A stretch of DNA of 64,000 nt from the human T2T-CHM13v2.0 reference genome, Homo sapiens, in assembly GCF_009914755.1 (NCBI RefSeq), contig NC_060926.1. One strand, 5' to 3'. Positions 1 to 15,592 of this stretch are shown here, in pieces (position 1 is the stretch's first letter; each line of letters begins with the position of its first letter). A program made the position numbers and the translations under genes. Under the pieces are notes generated by a model. That model did no database searches and was not told the DNA's origin. It saw only the letters and a program-made list of their open reading frames with translations.

Positions 1-3000
1 CCGAGTAGGGGAGGACCCCTTAGGGCTGAGGAGGGCAAACTGGAGGGACCACAAAGGTGAAGAGAATGGCAGCCAGCCGAATGCCAAAAACTGGCTTTCC
101 AATCACTTCTCTCCTCTCCCCATTCCTGTTGCGGTTTGTGGATGTCCAGTGCACATCTGCATCGCTCCCTCTGCTTCTTGGCTCTCGTTTTCCTCTGTTT
201 TGGCTTCAGGCATCCCTTGCAACAGTGCTGATCTCTGTAAAGTGAATCCTGTGTTCCTGTTGCCATGCATTTTGAGACCTCAGATGTGTTCCCATAGCTT
301 TGGGAAGGGGCATATGAGCCCCCAGGGGAGCTGAAGGCTGCGTAGAGGAACAGACCCTATGCATGGATGAGGCGGAATACTGCGAATATCACTGTGCCAC
401 TTCCAGAACTTTCCAGGGTTCCTCAGGGCTATCCTTCCTGAAACCCTTTTCTCAGCCCCACACAACTCCTCTTAGGCTGGGGATGTCTTGCCATCACTCT
501 CACTACAGGGCCAGAGTGGGACCCTATGCCCCAGGGTCTGAATTTCTGGGTGGAGCCCCTGGTAAATTCAGCACTACTTTGCAGGGAGCTGGGACTCAAT
601 GTCTCTGGCCTCCTGCTTGGTTCTTCCCGGTTCGCATCTCTGGCTCTCTTTGGCTCTTTTCTCTCCAGGTCAGCCAGCAGGCCCTCCTCCCTACCCCGTC
701 CCCTCCCTCTCTCCCCACATCTTGGCTCCACGCTCTGTTTTCCTTTAGGACTTGCTTTCAAAGAGCACCAAGTTGGCCACTAGCGTCTCTGGCCTGGCCC
801 ACCTTAAAGCCTGACCCTGACTCATGGTCCTGGTCCCGACAGGACGTGGTTCACACCGGTTTAGAAAACTCTGGACGGCAAAGTCACAAACCATCTGCAC
901 CCTCTTCTTCCGCCCCAGACGTTATTTATGTGTGTGGCTTTGTGTTCGTTGCTAAATGCGGCCTGTGTGAAGGCTGTTAATTAACCCTTTGAGAAATGCG
1001 CTTCCCATCGGGGCAGGGACAGGAACAAGGAGCATGCTTCTAATCACCGAAGATTTATCCTGCTTCAGACGAGGCGTTTAATGAAGGCAGGGGAAGGGGC
1101 TGGAGGAGATGCCCTTCGAAGCGGTTTAAAGAAAGCCCGTTTTGTGCACGCAGATTGTCAGAAGGGCAGGAAATTCTAAATCAACTGTGCTCCTGGGCCT
1201 CAGTGAGGGGACAGGGGGTGCATACAGGGAGGGGGAGGGGGCCTGTGGGGTCGGGGGAGGTCTAGGGGCACAGGCCGGCTATCAGGAAGCAGGGCCAGGC
1301 AGCTCTCCTGGGATGAGCTGTGTAGTCACTCAACTCTTTGGCCGTCTGTAAAATGGGACCGCGTCTCGCCTGCCTCCTCCCTCCAGGGCATCCATGGAGG
1401 GGACTGTAGAACAGAGTTGGAGGAGCCGCTTATAATACAAACAGTCATCAAAGAGTGACCATGCTGTGGGTGCCTTGGGAGGTGGGTGGGGGTGACAAAG
1501 TGAAAAGAGGGACTTTCTTTCCCAGTGAGGGAGGGTGAGCTCTGGGGTCAGGGTGTTCATAAGCTTTCCAGGGGGCCCTCTAGTTCCTCACCTGTAAAGT
1601 GAGAGGCATTCTGGAATCTTCACAGCTGGCTGTAGGATTATGGGTTTCCTGACACTGAAAACAACCTTTCTTCCGAAAAAGGAGAAATTCAGTTTTGGGT
1701 TTCACTCCCCCTTGGTTTCCCAGCCCAAGGCGCATCACGGTTCCCACCCTTCCCAGATGCACTGAGGGTGGTACTGGCTGGAGGGGTTGGGGGAGGAGGG
1801 CAAGCGGGAAGTCCCAGGACATCCCAGCTGGGCGTGGGGGCTGAGGGACGGAGTGGGCCACAGAAGCCCGCTGATATTTATAACTGCGACTCTTTACATT
1901 CTGTATAAAGGCATGCCTAAAAAGCACCATTGAGGGAGGGCTCAGACGCCTGCCCGCACGCAGCCAAGCTTCCTGTCAAAGCCGAATGAGCTCAGAAAAC
2001 AAAAAAATGTATTCACAGCTCTGAGTCTTCCCCGCTTCCCAGGCTTATTTCGTTTGAAAATACTCAGAGTTGGAGGGAGAAAAGGTAGAGGAAACAGAGT
2101 CCAGCCTGACTCCCTAGGGACCATGTATCTGCTGCAAGGTTGTGTAATCTCTCAGAGCCACACATTTGCCGACTTGTAAGGTGGTTGTGAGGAGGAGGTG
2201 AGAAGATAGGTAGGAAGAACAAGGTCAGCAGGAGATGCACGAGCGGGCTCCCACTCCATCCCCCTCTTCCCTCCTCCCTCCCTGTCCTCCATCCCTCGCT
2301 TCCACCCCTTTCTTTCCTCTCCCCCAACCAGTCTCTCCTGAGGTCTGCCATATCACCCTCTCTGCTGCATCCCTAAGATGCCCAGATAAAACCAACCTAA
2401 TATCTTTCAATGATCTGCCCCAGACAGGCCCACACAATAATGAACCCTATGATGGACAGAACCCAGATATCCCTATTTCGGCCTGCCGCATAGACAGTGG
2501 AAGTGTGCGTGTTTCAAGTTTGTACTTAGTTGGCTGTGCCTTAGCAAGCTTCCAGGGATTCCCATGCAAGCTGAAGTTTGAGGACCATTGTACTGTAACA
2601 TGCAAATGCTCCTGAAGCCTTCAGGGAATTCATCCAGAGGTGAGGATTGGGGAGGGCTGATGTTTCCCATTTGGAAGTAGCTCCTGGGGAGCCCTTTGCT
2701 AGGAAGAGCACCTGCTTCTGGCCACTTCCTCCCTCTCTGAAGCTTCCCCCAGTGCCTCTTCCCAGGGACCCAGGAAGCCTGCTTTCCACTCCAGGAGTCA
2801 GGATGGAAGCTGCCTCTGGGGTGTCCACACCTGTACTGGGTGTCAGGCTCCTGGCTCCCCTCATGGCGAGTCCACCTCATCCGTGGTGAGGTGGGGAGAG
2901 GAGTGAGAGGATGTCTCCAGTGTTTCTCAATCACAGCCCCCTGCCCCAGCTCCCCACCCCAGGAGAGTAAAGCTACTAGTGTCCCTGGCACCTGGTCTTT

Positions 3001-3019
3001 CCTAGCCAGGGCATGCGTC

Positions 3020-3548
<529 letters not shown>

Positions 3549-4149
3549 GAGCTCCTTCGATGCCTTGGCCTCTGAGGCCTTCCTTCCCGACATCCTTGGC
3601 ATCTGCTCCAGCCCTGTGGAGTCCTGTCCCATTACATAGAGGGGAAGCTGAGGCCTAAGAGAGGGGGTACTCTGCCATGGATAGGAAGCGAGGGTAGGAC
3701 TGGACCCCACCCCCTCCTCTGCCTTCCAGCCCAGGCCTCTGGCCAGCAGCCCCATTCGACCCTGGCCTCTGGCCGAGGTGTGGGAAGTTGAATGTGATGA
3801 AACCCAAGACCCCTTGGCTGGCACCCAGCTGTGGTTTTGCACTTGAGCTGCAGAGCTGGGTGGAGGCGGCTGGAGAGGAGTGTCAGAGGATGGGAATTCG
3901 GGTGGCCTGCCCAGCAGGCCCTGTGAGCAGGAGCTGTTCCCAAGGGGGTTTCCAGGCCAAGCAGGCTTCCAGGTTCTGTTGGTGTCTCCTGGCAGCGGAG
4001 GGCCCTGAGTGACCCAGATTCTCCTAGATGCCCCACTGTGGAGAGGGACAGAGAGGGGACCATGGAGGTGAATGAGCATGTGTAGCTGTGTGTAGTCAGT
4101 GAGTGGAAGTGGGGAGGGCAATAGCACTGGCTTTTCTAGGGAGGAAACC

Positions 4150-4352
4150 AGCCAGCTTGCTCCACCCTCCCCACCATCACCACCAGCTGCATAATTTACA
4201 GGGCCCAGTGCAAAATGAAAATGCAAGATCCCTTGTTCAAAAATTATTAAGGATTTCACATAACATGGGAGCATTAATCCAAGTTGTGGGGACTTTCTGA
4301 CAGCAAGGCCCTGTGCAGCTGCCTTGGTCACCAACCTGTGAAGCTGGCCCTG
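4150..4352 (-). mobile_element. MER45A-like hAT-Tip100 MITE
   Basis: gggcccagtgcaaaatgaaaatg...gccctgtgcagctgc...gaagctggccctg resembles recalled MER45. Confidence 0.65.
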
Positions 4353-4395
4353 CCATGAGCGCCTTCATCCTTTGAGTCTCAAAAGAACAGAGGAT

Positions 4396-4610
4396 GGCCA
4401 GGCTTACTTTGGGAGGCTAAGGCGGGAGGATCACTTGAGGCCAGGAGTTTGAGGCCAGCCTGGGAAGCATAGCAAGACTCCGTCTCTACAAAAAATTTAA
4501 AAATTAGCATGGCATGGCGGCATATATACCTGTAGTCCCAGCTAATCAAAAGGCTGAGACAGGACAGCTTGAGCCCAGGAGTTTGAGGTTTCAGTGAGCT
4601 ATGATTGCAA
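4396..4610 (+). mobile_element. AluJ fragment
   Basis: AluJ-type motifs (ggaggatcacttgaggccaggagtt, gagcccaggagttt); truncated. Confidence 0.85.
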
Positions 4611-4834
4611 AACCCTATCTTTGGGCCAGACATAGGCAAAAGCTGGCCAATTCCTCCACCCCCAGCCCCATCATGGCTTCTGGAGACTTACGAAAATGGT
4701 TCCAAGTCTCCTCCAAGACACATATTCCATCCCCCCGAGTCTTCTTCTAGTCTGGCTAAATGGCCTTAGGCTGGAGAAGGGAGATGGTTCAGCATATGCC
4801 CTGATCCCTGCCCCAGTCAAGGAGGGGGACAGCC

Positions 4835-5420
4835 AGGGAATGATAGCAATGCATTTATCCAGCGTTTCCTGCGTGCCAGGCGCCTTGCTAAGGATCTCAC
4901 CTGTATTATCTCATTCGATTTTCCTAACACTATGAGGCAGATAGTTTTGTTTGCTTCCTTTTGTTTGCACGGAAGGAAGGGCTTTCTGGGGTAAGAACAA
5001 TGTTCCACGTCTTGACTGTGTGGTTATTACATGGGGGTATCCATTTGTCAAAATTCATCAAGCTGGGCACATAAAATCTGTGCATTTGTTGTATGTAAAT
5101 TATCCCTCAATAACTTTATTGAGGTGCATTTATTAAAGAAACGTATTTTTTAAAGTAAGGCACAGGAGACTTTGAGAACTTGGCCAAGGTCAAATTCCTA
5201 AAGGATAGAGCTGGAATTTTAACTTGGGTACTCAAGAGTGGTGCCATGCCTGTGCAAAGACCCGGATCGAGGGGTCAGAAGGATAAGATCTCAGATGTAG
5301 TGGTTTCTTGTTCTTGAGCAAATTACAGGGCCTCTCTGAGCCTCGGGTTTCTCATCTGTAAAATGGGAACAAAGATAGTACCTGTGTTACAGGGTCATGG
5401 TTTAGTGCTGTCAGGGACAT
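4835..5420. mobile_element. MIR fragments with an intervening L1M 3'-end fragment
   Basis: MIR core (ctctctgagcctcgggtttctcatctgtaaaatggg); L1M 3' motif (catttgtcaaaattcatcaa...gtatgtaaattat). Confidence 0.6.
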
Positions 5421-5757
5421 GTTGGAAGGGGGAGGACCCTGGGGAGCTGTACAGTGTGCTGCTTATGTCCTGCTGTTCAACCTGTAGGCAGGGGGCAAAG
5501 CTAAGGGGCAGCCTCCCATGTGGCCGCCCTCTTCTTCACCCTTATCAGCCCCCGCAGCTCCTTCAACCCAGGGCCCTGCCCTATTACGAGGAAGCAGGTA
5601 GCATAGTAGGTCATGGCTGGTGCAGGACCCAGGGCAGCAGGGGTGGCATACAAGGTTTGGGGTCCTGCCATGTGGCGGGGGGGGGGTGGGGGGGGGAGTC
5701 ACTGATGAGCTTCTATAAGGGGGAATTGATTTGGGATTTAGAAATGTGGAGGATTGC

Positions 5758-6058
5758 GGCCAGGTGCGGTGGCTCGCACCTGTAATCCCAGCACTTTGGG
5801 AGGCCAAGGTGGACGGATCACCTGAGGTCAGGAGTTCAAGACCAGCCTGACCAACATGGAGAAACCCCATCTCTACTAAAAATACAAAATTAGCTGGACG
5901 TGGTGGCACATGCCTGTAATCCCAGCTACTCAGGAGGCTGAGGCAGGAGAATCGCTTGAACCCAGTAGGCGGAGGTTGCGGTGAGCCAAGATCGCACCAT
6001 TGCACTCAGGCCTGGGCAACAAGAGTGAAACTCTGTGCCTTAAAAAAGAAAAAAAAAA
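5758..6058 (+). mobile_element. AluS (Sp-like) element
   Basis: Full Alu, ctgaccaacatggagaaa diagnostic, flanked by AGAAATGTGGAG. Confidence 0.95.
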
Positions 6059-6076
6059 TAGAAATGTGGAGAATGG

Positions 6077-6415
<339 letters not shown>

Positions 6416-6492
6416 CTAAAGACCTTGTCTTTCTTAGAAGGAGGATGAAGTTTGCTGTAAACAGAAAAAAAATATCAACTTAAGAATGTCTT

Positions 6493-6633
6493 GGCCAGGC
6501 ACAGTGGACTCACACCTGTAATCCCAGGTGTGAGGAGGGAGAGGCAGGAGAATTGCTCAAGGCTAAGAGTTTGAGACCAGCTTGGGCAACATAGCAAGAC
6601 CCCATCTCTTAAAAAAAAAAAGAAAAAGAAAAA
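6493..6633 (+). mobile_element. Alu monomer (FLAM-like)
   Basis: Left-arm-only Alu with A-tail; TSD AAGAATGTCTT. Confidence 0.85.
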
Positions 6634-8134
6634 GAATGTCTTAAAAATTAAGGGTCTCCACTAAAAGAATATAAATAGAAAGTGTTACTTCTGCCCCCTG
6701 ACCGCACCTCGTCCACGTGACCTCCCAATACTGGGCTGGGCTGTGTTTATTTATTTACCTGTGGGCTCCTCTCCACCCTGAGGAGTTTAAGTTGTGTTTA
6801 TCACTTTGGTCTCCCCACCCCTGCCCAGGGCCTGACACATACTAGGGCCTGAATAAATGCTGGTAGGTGAAGGGCTTAGAATTGGGGTTAGACTTTTCTA
6901 CCCCAAAGACTTAGGCTCAAACTCTACCAAACTACCCCAGGGGTGGGCCTGACCCATTGCTCAGGTGGGAAAGTGGCTCTGGCTTCTGGCCTCTTCCTGA
7001 CATAGGCCAGCTCCAGCAGCTATACTCCTCTAAGTTCTGTTTTTGGGAAAATTATGTTGTTTTTATCCCCAAGGAGCCACCTTGGTCCCCAAATCCTGAT
7101 AGTACCTCCATCAGTAGAGTAACACATTTCATGGATGAGAAAGTCAAGCCTCAGAGAGGTTAAGAGACTTCCCCATGGACAACAAAGCAAGGTATTGACA
7201 GAGCCAGCCCAAGAACTCAGACCTCCTGGCCCCAGTCCAGCTCCACTACACACCCCATTGCCACTAATGCTGTCTCAGCCCCCAACCCCTAACACCCACC
7301 TCGGTAATGGAGCTGGGCTGGGTGGAGTTGGCTGCTGAGAGGCTGGAGGCTTGGCTTAGGCCAGTGGCTCCTGGAAATTGGGCCGTTTTCCTGGGGCGGA
7401 AATGAGAAGCAGATGTGGCTCAGAGCTGGAGTGCAGACTCATGCCGTGTCAGGGGGCTCAGGTTACATGGGAGGACACATGACCGAGGTTCCAAAAACAG
7501 CCTGAAACCCCCAAAGCCTACAATGGGATCCAGCCTGGGCCTGGGGAGCTCAGTCCCGCCCTGATCACCTCCTGATAGCGCCCGAGCGCCTCGAGGAGAG
7601 GGTGAAATGGAAGGCGATGGGGTGAGCGAGGCCCCGGGCCACTGTGGCTTCTCGCTCCAGCTCTGTGTGTAGGGTTGTTTGAGCCCCTGCACCAAGTCCC
7701 TGTCTTTAGAAAGACACCTAGGAAGGGCAAGACACCTTCTATTGGGGTTACCAGCAGCTTCCCTGCCCAGGGCTGGCTTGATGCCTATGCCCAGGCCACC
7801 AGAACACCTTTTGCAGTCAGGTTGCACCACTTTGCTTCAAATCTTTGGGGTGAGGGATTGATCCTGCTCACAGTTCATGCTTCTCTCGGAAACCATCAAG
7901 TTTTATGCAGTATTCAGGCAGCCTCTCTGGAGTGGAGATGAATATCAACCACTTCCAAACTGGCAGAGGGAACTGGACCCAAGGGGAAAGGGGTGAGGCA
8001 GGATTCTGGAGAGAGTGAGGTCCTGGCACAGGTGAGGAGTCCAGGAACAATCTGGCAATAATATCACTTGGCAGAGGGATCCTCTGATCTGCACAGCCCA
8101 TAAGTCTCTCCCTTGACCAATGGAGCAGGCCCCA

Positions 8135-9080
8135 TTCATTTATTTATTCAATAGATGGTTCTTGCATACCCACTGTGGCCAAGGCAGTGGCTAAGCCCTG
8201 AGGATCCAGAGGTGACTGAGCATGAACTCAGTCTCCAGGACCTCCCCAACTGCCGAGGGAGCCCCCACAAAAACCAATGAACAGCTTTAGTGGATGGATC
8301 GATTGCTTGAACATTAAGTGCACACTGTGTACCAGCACCCTGCTAGGCTCATAGGAGCCACCGGTGAACAGAATAGGTAAAGACCCTGCCCTAGTGAAGC
8401 TGACACTTTTTGCAAGGGAGATGGAGTATAAAAAAAATTAAAAATTGGTTAAATAATATGTTTAGAAGGTGACGCATGCTATGGAAAGAAAGAAAAGTGG
8501 GGCAGGGGGAGGAGGGCCAGGAAGTAGGGGCTGGTTGCAGTGGTGTCCAGGGCAGGGAGGGTGGGCTTCCCTGAGAAGGCAAGACTGCAGCAAAGACAGT
8601 CCCTGGCGAGGGAGATGAGCATGGTGTCTGGGGACGTGCCAAGGCCCAGAGAGAGGAGGGGCCTGCAGTGTTCAGGGCTTCAAGGAGGCTGGTGCAAGCT
8701 GGGGTGGAGAGAGAATGGAGGGTAGAAGTGAAGGTCCAAAGGGAAGGGGGACCAGAGAGGGAGGAGTCGGAGGCCACTGTGCAGTTTTAGCTTTGACCGT
8801 GAGTGAAATGGGAGGTGCTGGAGGGTTGTGAGCAGAGAGATGTGTATTGACTGGCATTTTCAAAGGACCATTTGGGCTGTTGGGTCCACAGCCGACTGGA
8901 AGGGGCAGGGGGCAAGGGCAAGGGGCAGTCAGGAGGCGACTTTGACAGTCCAGACCAGAGGTGAGGGTGCTGCAGCCAGGCAGAGGATGGGAGAATTGCC
9001 TTGGGAGAAACTTGAATATGGTTCCAGGGTAACTTGGAGAAGGGAATGATAAACTCTGACTAAGGATGCTTTCCCTAGGG
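8135..9080 (-). mobile_element. L2 LINE fragments
   Basis: L2 3'-end motifs (attcatttatttattcaatag, attaagtgcacactgtgtaccagc) followed by the purine-rich L2 body. Confidence 0.65.
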
Positions 9081-9707
9081 AGGTGACTCAAGCAGGATCT
9101 TGAAAAATGAGTTCAGCAGGACTGCAAGGAGCTACAGCATTCCAACCCTGTGTGTGACAGGGGCCGAAGCCAGAGGGTGCCAGGCCCAGGAGGGGAACCC
9201 TGCAATGCTCACCTCGGCTGCAGCTGGGTGCGGGGCACTTGGGCCAGGCCAGGGAAGGATGGGGCTTACTGCTCTGCCCAAGGGTGTGATCCTGTGGGCG
9301 CTGGGGAGTTGGTGACAGGTTTTTCAACGTGAGGCTGCAAATCCATGAGACCCACTTTCCAATCAAGATAAGTCCCCCTGTTGCCGTGAGGGGGTTGGAG
9401 GCAGGTAGAAACAGGAGGACCAGGTGGGAAGAAGAAGATAAGCCCCTGCCCATCGCAGTGTTAGAGAGAGGGAGGGGTAGTTAGAATAGAGGGCCAGAGG
9501 ATGAGGGATTGATGGAGAGAGGCCTGTCTCTGTCCTGGGGAAGAGGATGAGTCAGTTTGGGATGGCTGCATTGGAGATGCCTTTGGGAAATCAGACAGAG
9601 TCCTGGAGCAGCTGACCAAGGTGTCTGGCGCTCAGCAAAGGAGACTGAGCCCAGATACCCATCTAAGAGCCTGCAGGGACAGGAGGCAGTAGAAGCTATA
9701 GAAGTCC

Positions 9708-10013
<306 letters not shown>

Positions 10014-10904
10014 GAAGTAGTCCACCAGCCAGGGGCATCTCCAGTTGCTGATTTTTTTTTTATCCTGAGGAGGATCTGATTAGAGGTGGCGCTCCCTCCT
10101 CTTTGCCTCACTCCCAGGGCCTTTGAGAGAAGGGGTGAGAACAATCATCTTGAGAGTAAACAAGGGATCCCCCTGGAGGCTCCAGGAGCAGGTGGGTCCC
10201 CTTGGATGATACTGAGAAGTCACAGGCAAGGGTTCCCTGAGCAGGCCCCAGTTCAGCCCTAGGGTGTTTGTGGTGTGTCTCTAGTGTGTTTGGGGTCTTG
10301 GAATCAGCTTGTCTCTGGGTCTCTGCATGCAAGTGTGTGTGCTTCGGGTATGCATGTGTTATAGAAATAGCACTTATAAAATAGCAAAGGGATGTATTTT
10401 CACTTTCTATAATTCTCGTTCTCCTGTAGCCCTTCAGGGTGAAGGCTAAGGTGACGTTCATTGCCCGGGGAAGTAAGTGTAGGGTTGAATCGAAGCAAGT
10501 CATCCAGGACGGATGAGGTAGGACGGGATGGAGAGATACAGCTACTGAACAGCAGGACTCAAGGAAGAGAGAAGGTGAGAAGCAAAAAGCTCTGTCCCTC
10601 ACCCCAGTGGACACTCAGAGGGCTGTGTGGGAGACACCCCAGCCACATTTGCAGCTAAATTTCACCGCACAAGGTAGGTGGAATTTGACTCTCAGATGAC
10701 AGCTGTGGGGAATTTCAGTGAACTCCTTTAAGAAAGCAGTGATTGAGGAAGGTGTAACACATTATGGCGCTGCCCAGGAGGTAGTTTAGAAATGTCTAAA
10801 GAAGCAGTCTAGGAAGTGGCTCTCGGAACTCTGCCTCTTCTGGAGGGGTAGAATGCAGCCAGGCGGTCCTAGGTCCCAGGGAAAGGGTAGAAATCAAGGC
10901 CACA

Positions 10905-11205
<301 letters not shown>

Positions 11206-11568
11206 GAGAAATCAAGAACACAGAGGTAGGATCTGCACCACCAGCCTTGTGCGGGGACCACTCACTTCATCAGTACCCCTCTCCATCCCCAACCATCACC
11301 AATGCCACCAGGGATCCCAGGGACCAGGCCCGACCAGCCCTGTCCCATTGTGTGTGGGGAAGGTATGTGGGAAGAATGCAGAGAACTCCACACCGACCTT
11401 GAACTCCTCTTCCCACCACCATGAGGTCTGTAAATGTCTCCCTGCACCAGGAAGAGAGACATCTGGCTAGCAGAAGAGGGAATAGGGAGAAAACGATGAG
11501 TATTTTGCTGAAAGGAGATTTGCTTGAACATGCAGAAATAGAGAAACCTGTAGTGGGCAAGTTAAAGA

Positions 11569-11662
11569 TTTCTTTTCTTTCTTTCTGTTTTGTTTCTTTC
11601 TTTTCTTTCTGTTTTGTTTCTTTTCTTTCTGTTTTGTTTCTTTTCTTTTTGTTTTGTTTTTG
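11569..11662. repeat. T-rich low-complexity (TTTC/TTTG)n tract
   Basis: Directly visible. Confidence 0.9.
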
Positions 11663-11926
11663 TCGTTCATTCATTTATTGCCTGTCAACAGCAGGAAGTA
11701 TCTCATTAGATCTAGATGAGAAGAGTACAAGAAAAATTAAGAAAGACGCAGGTTTTACTCACTTGTGTGAGTCGTAGTGTGTGATTTTCAACTCCACCAC
11801 ATACATGTCTGCACAAGCTTGTCTGGCCAGCTTTGTACTTTCAATTCCACTTGTGAGACTTTTCTTTGAGACTTGTTGTGTGCTTTGCTTTGGCCAGGAG
11901 TTGAGAATCATAAAATCACCAAATTC

Positions 11927-12322
11927 TGTATTATCTATTGTAGCATAATAAATTACTCCAAAACATATCTTCTAAAAACAATATACTTGTTTTATCTCAT
12001 AGTCTTTCTGTGGGCCAGGCATTGGTAAACAGAGTAGTTCCAGCTCAGGGTCTGTCGTGAGATTGCAGTTGAGATGACAGCCAAGGGTGCAGTTATCTGA
12101 AGGCTCGACTGGGGCTGGAGGCTCTGAATCCAAGACAGGCCTGCCAGGTTGTTCTTCCTGTTGACAGGAGGCCCCTGTTTCTCACCACATGGATCTCTCC
12201 ACAGAACTGCTTGACTGTCCTCACGGCATGGCAGGTGTCTTCCTCCAGAATAAGTTATCTGAAAGAGCAAGACAGAAGCCTCAGTGTCTTTTATGACAAC
12301 CTAGCATTGAAAGCCACACCTA
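11927..12322 (-). mobile_element. MLT1-family MaLR LTR fragment
   Basis: atctgaaggctcgactggggctggagg motif; related copy at 47140-47645. Confidence 0.7.
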
Positions 12323-12324
12323 AG

Positions 12325-13089
<765 letters not shown>

Positions 13090-13469
13090 CTACCCCAGTC
13101 AGGCAGCCAGGGAGGCTTCTGTGAGTGGGCAGAAGAGCCCCCGCCCCCCATCCTGCCCTGAGTGGCTCTTCCCTGGAGAAGGAGACTTGGTAACTGTAAA
13201 CTGGTCAGATGGGGAAGCCTTTGGAGGCCTGGCCAAGTGAGGGGGCTGGTTTCTGTCTGCTGGGTGACAGGGGAGTGTGGCGTGGCTACAGAGAGGCTGC
13301 TAGGGAGCTCCCAGAGGGAAGGCAAGGTAGGGTCCCGGAGGGACTTAGAAGTGAGGCAGGAAGGGAGAGACAGGGCTCAGAGAGGGAGAGGGAAGGCAAG
13401 AAATCGAGGGCTGGACCAGTCTTCTACTTGGTCAGCATGCCATTTTTCTGGGCTGTCATCCCTGACCAC

Positions 13470-13980
13470 AGATTCATTCATTCATTCATTCCTGTATGCC
13501 TGTCAGGTGCTGGGGTTACAGAGACAAAGGCCAGGTCCCTGTCCTCAGAGGTCACAGTTGAGTAAGGGATGATACCCAGTACAGGGGTGACATCTGTGAA
13601 GTGTGATGGGTGCATGGGGAGCATACATTGCTGGGAGAGGGCTGGGCTGGTCAGAAGGTGAGGCCTGGGCTGCTTCTTGCAGAGGTATGGCAGGCACGAG
13701 GTATCCCTGGTATGAGGTACCATCAGGCACAGGTGGGAGAGTGCTGAGAGATGGAGCTGGGAGGGCCAGAAGAAGCGTGGCTCTGCTAGTTGGGTGGGGT
13801 GGTTTGGATTTCTTCCAGAAGACAACAGAGAGATTATGCAGGAATTTAAGCAGTGGTGTGGAGGGATCAGCTCCATGGTTTAGAAAGATTAGCTGGGCAG
13901 TAGAGAGAAGGTTCTAGAAAGGGTGAGTCCAGGAGGAGACAGCAGTAACCCAGGCTATGCATGCAAAAAGTAGGGATAGG
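13470..13980 (-). mobile_element. L2 LINE fragment
   Basis: (ATTC)n 3' tail followed by L2-like body. Confidence 0.6.
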
Positions 13981-14477
13981 AAGAGGTGAAAAAGTTCCAG
14001 AAGTCTTTGGAAGGCCTGGCAGCCTCCAGTCATGCCTACAGGCTGAACCCAGCCCAGCTCATCTCAGATAAAGCATCTAATTCAAGTCCTACACGGAGCC
14101 CAGGCCTCTGCTCTGAAAAGTCTCTTGACCCCAGCATTCCAGCTCGGGACGGGCCCAGCGAATCCCAACCCCAATCTGCCGTCCTCATCCCAGAGGAATG
14201 CTCAGCCTACTGGACCTTGGCCTTTCTCTGGGGGACGGTGAGGCCTGTGACGGGGGAAGCCCTGGGGCGGAACTGGCAGTCGTGGGGAGGCCCCCCAGGA
14301 CGCTGTGGCCACGGGGGCGGCTGGAGGAGAGGAGGCAGGGGGCTGGGGGAGTGAGCCAGTAGGGAGCCGGGCAGCACACTGGCCACCTGAGAGGTGTGAT
14401 GGGGGAGACAAGAGGCGGTGATTCCTGGGGTGGGAGTTACCCCCTCCCCCAATTCTCAAACCCCCGACAGGAGTGAG

Positions 14478-14511
14478 CTGCGCTGCCCACTCCCCGCAGC
14501 AGGTGGCGCCG
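14478..14511 (+). promoter_or_regulatory. Candidate CTCF site (core plus upstream motif) in a CpG-enriched stretch
   Basis: Core CCGCAGCAGGTGGCGCC preceded by CTGCGCTGCC; motif match only. Confidence 0.55.
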
Positions 14512-14967
14512 TCTTGCTGGGATTGGACTTGCGGGCCTGGCTGGGAAGCGCTCTGTGGAGAGGGACGCGACTGGAGCGGCTGGGGGGCAGCCGTCCTGCG
14601 CCTGGGACCCTCACGGGGCCTCCCTGCTCCAGTCACTCCCGCCCGCCTGCCAGCCTGTCCCCAGCTCTCCTGCGTCTCCACTCTGTCCCTGTTGCCCTTC
14701 CTGTCTTCCTCCAGCCCTCCAGTCCTGCTTTCGGCTGGGGTCCCCGGACAGGGTCTGGTCAGCTGGTTCACTCCGAAGCATCCCTACCGGATAAGGGAAC
14801 TCTCAGCCCAGCCCAGCGGGCGTTTGGCCATGGCGTGGCACCGTGGGGGGCCTCTCTAAGCAGCCCCGACTCCCAGGGTTTGCCTACATTCTATGCCCTC
14901 AGGAGGTGTTCAGTGCCCCGAGCTGGGGCTTGGGGAGGAGGGGTTCCTAGGAACATATATATGAGAA

Positions 14968-15592
<625 letters not shown>

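Noticed and set aside
363-980. 205-aa ORF and the many other 60-340-aa ORFs outside the L1 (e.g. 3303-4334, 14418-15182, 39632-40333, 63241-63894)
   Set aside because: Low-complexity P/S/G/L-rich translations typical of GC-rich non-coding DNA, often with non-ATG starts or running into Alus; no recognisable domain or exon structure.
10358-10386. Twin MEF2-like sites (TATAGAAATAG, TTATAAAATAG)
   Set aside because: Neither fits YTA(W)4TAR exactly.
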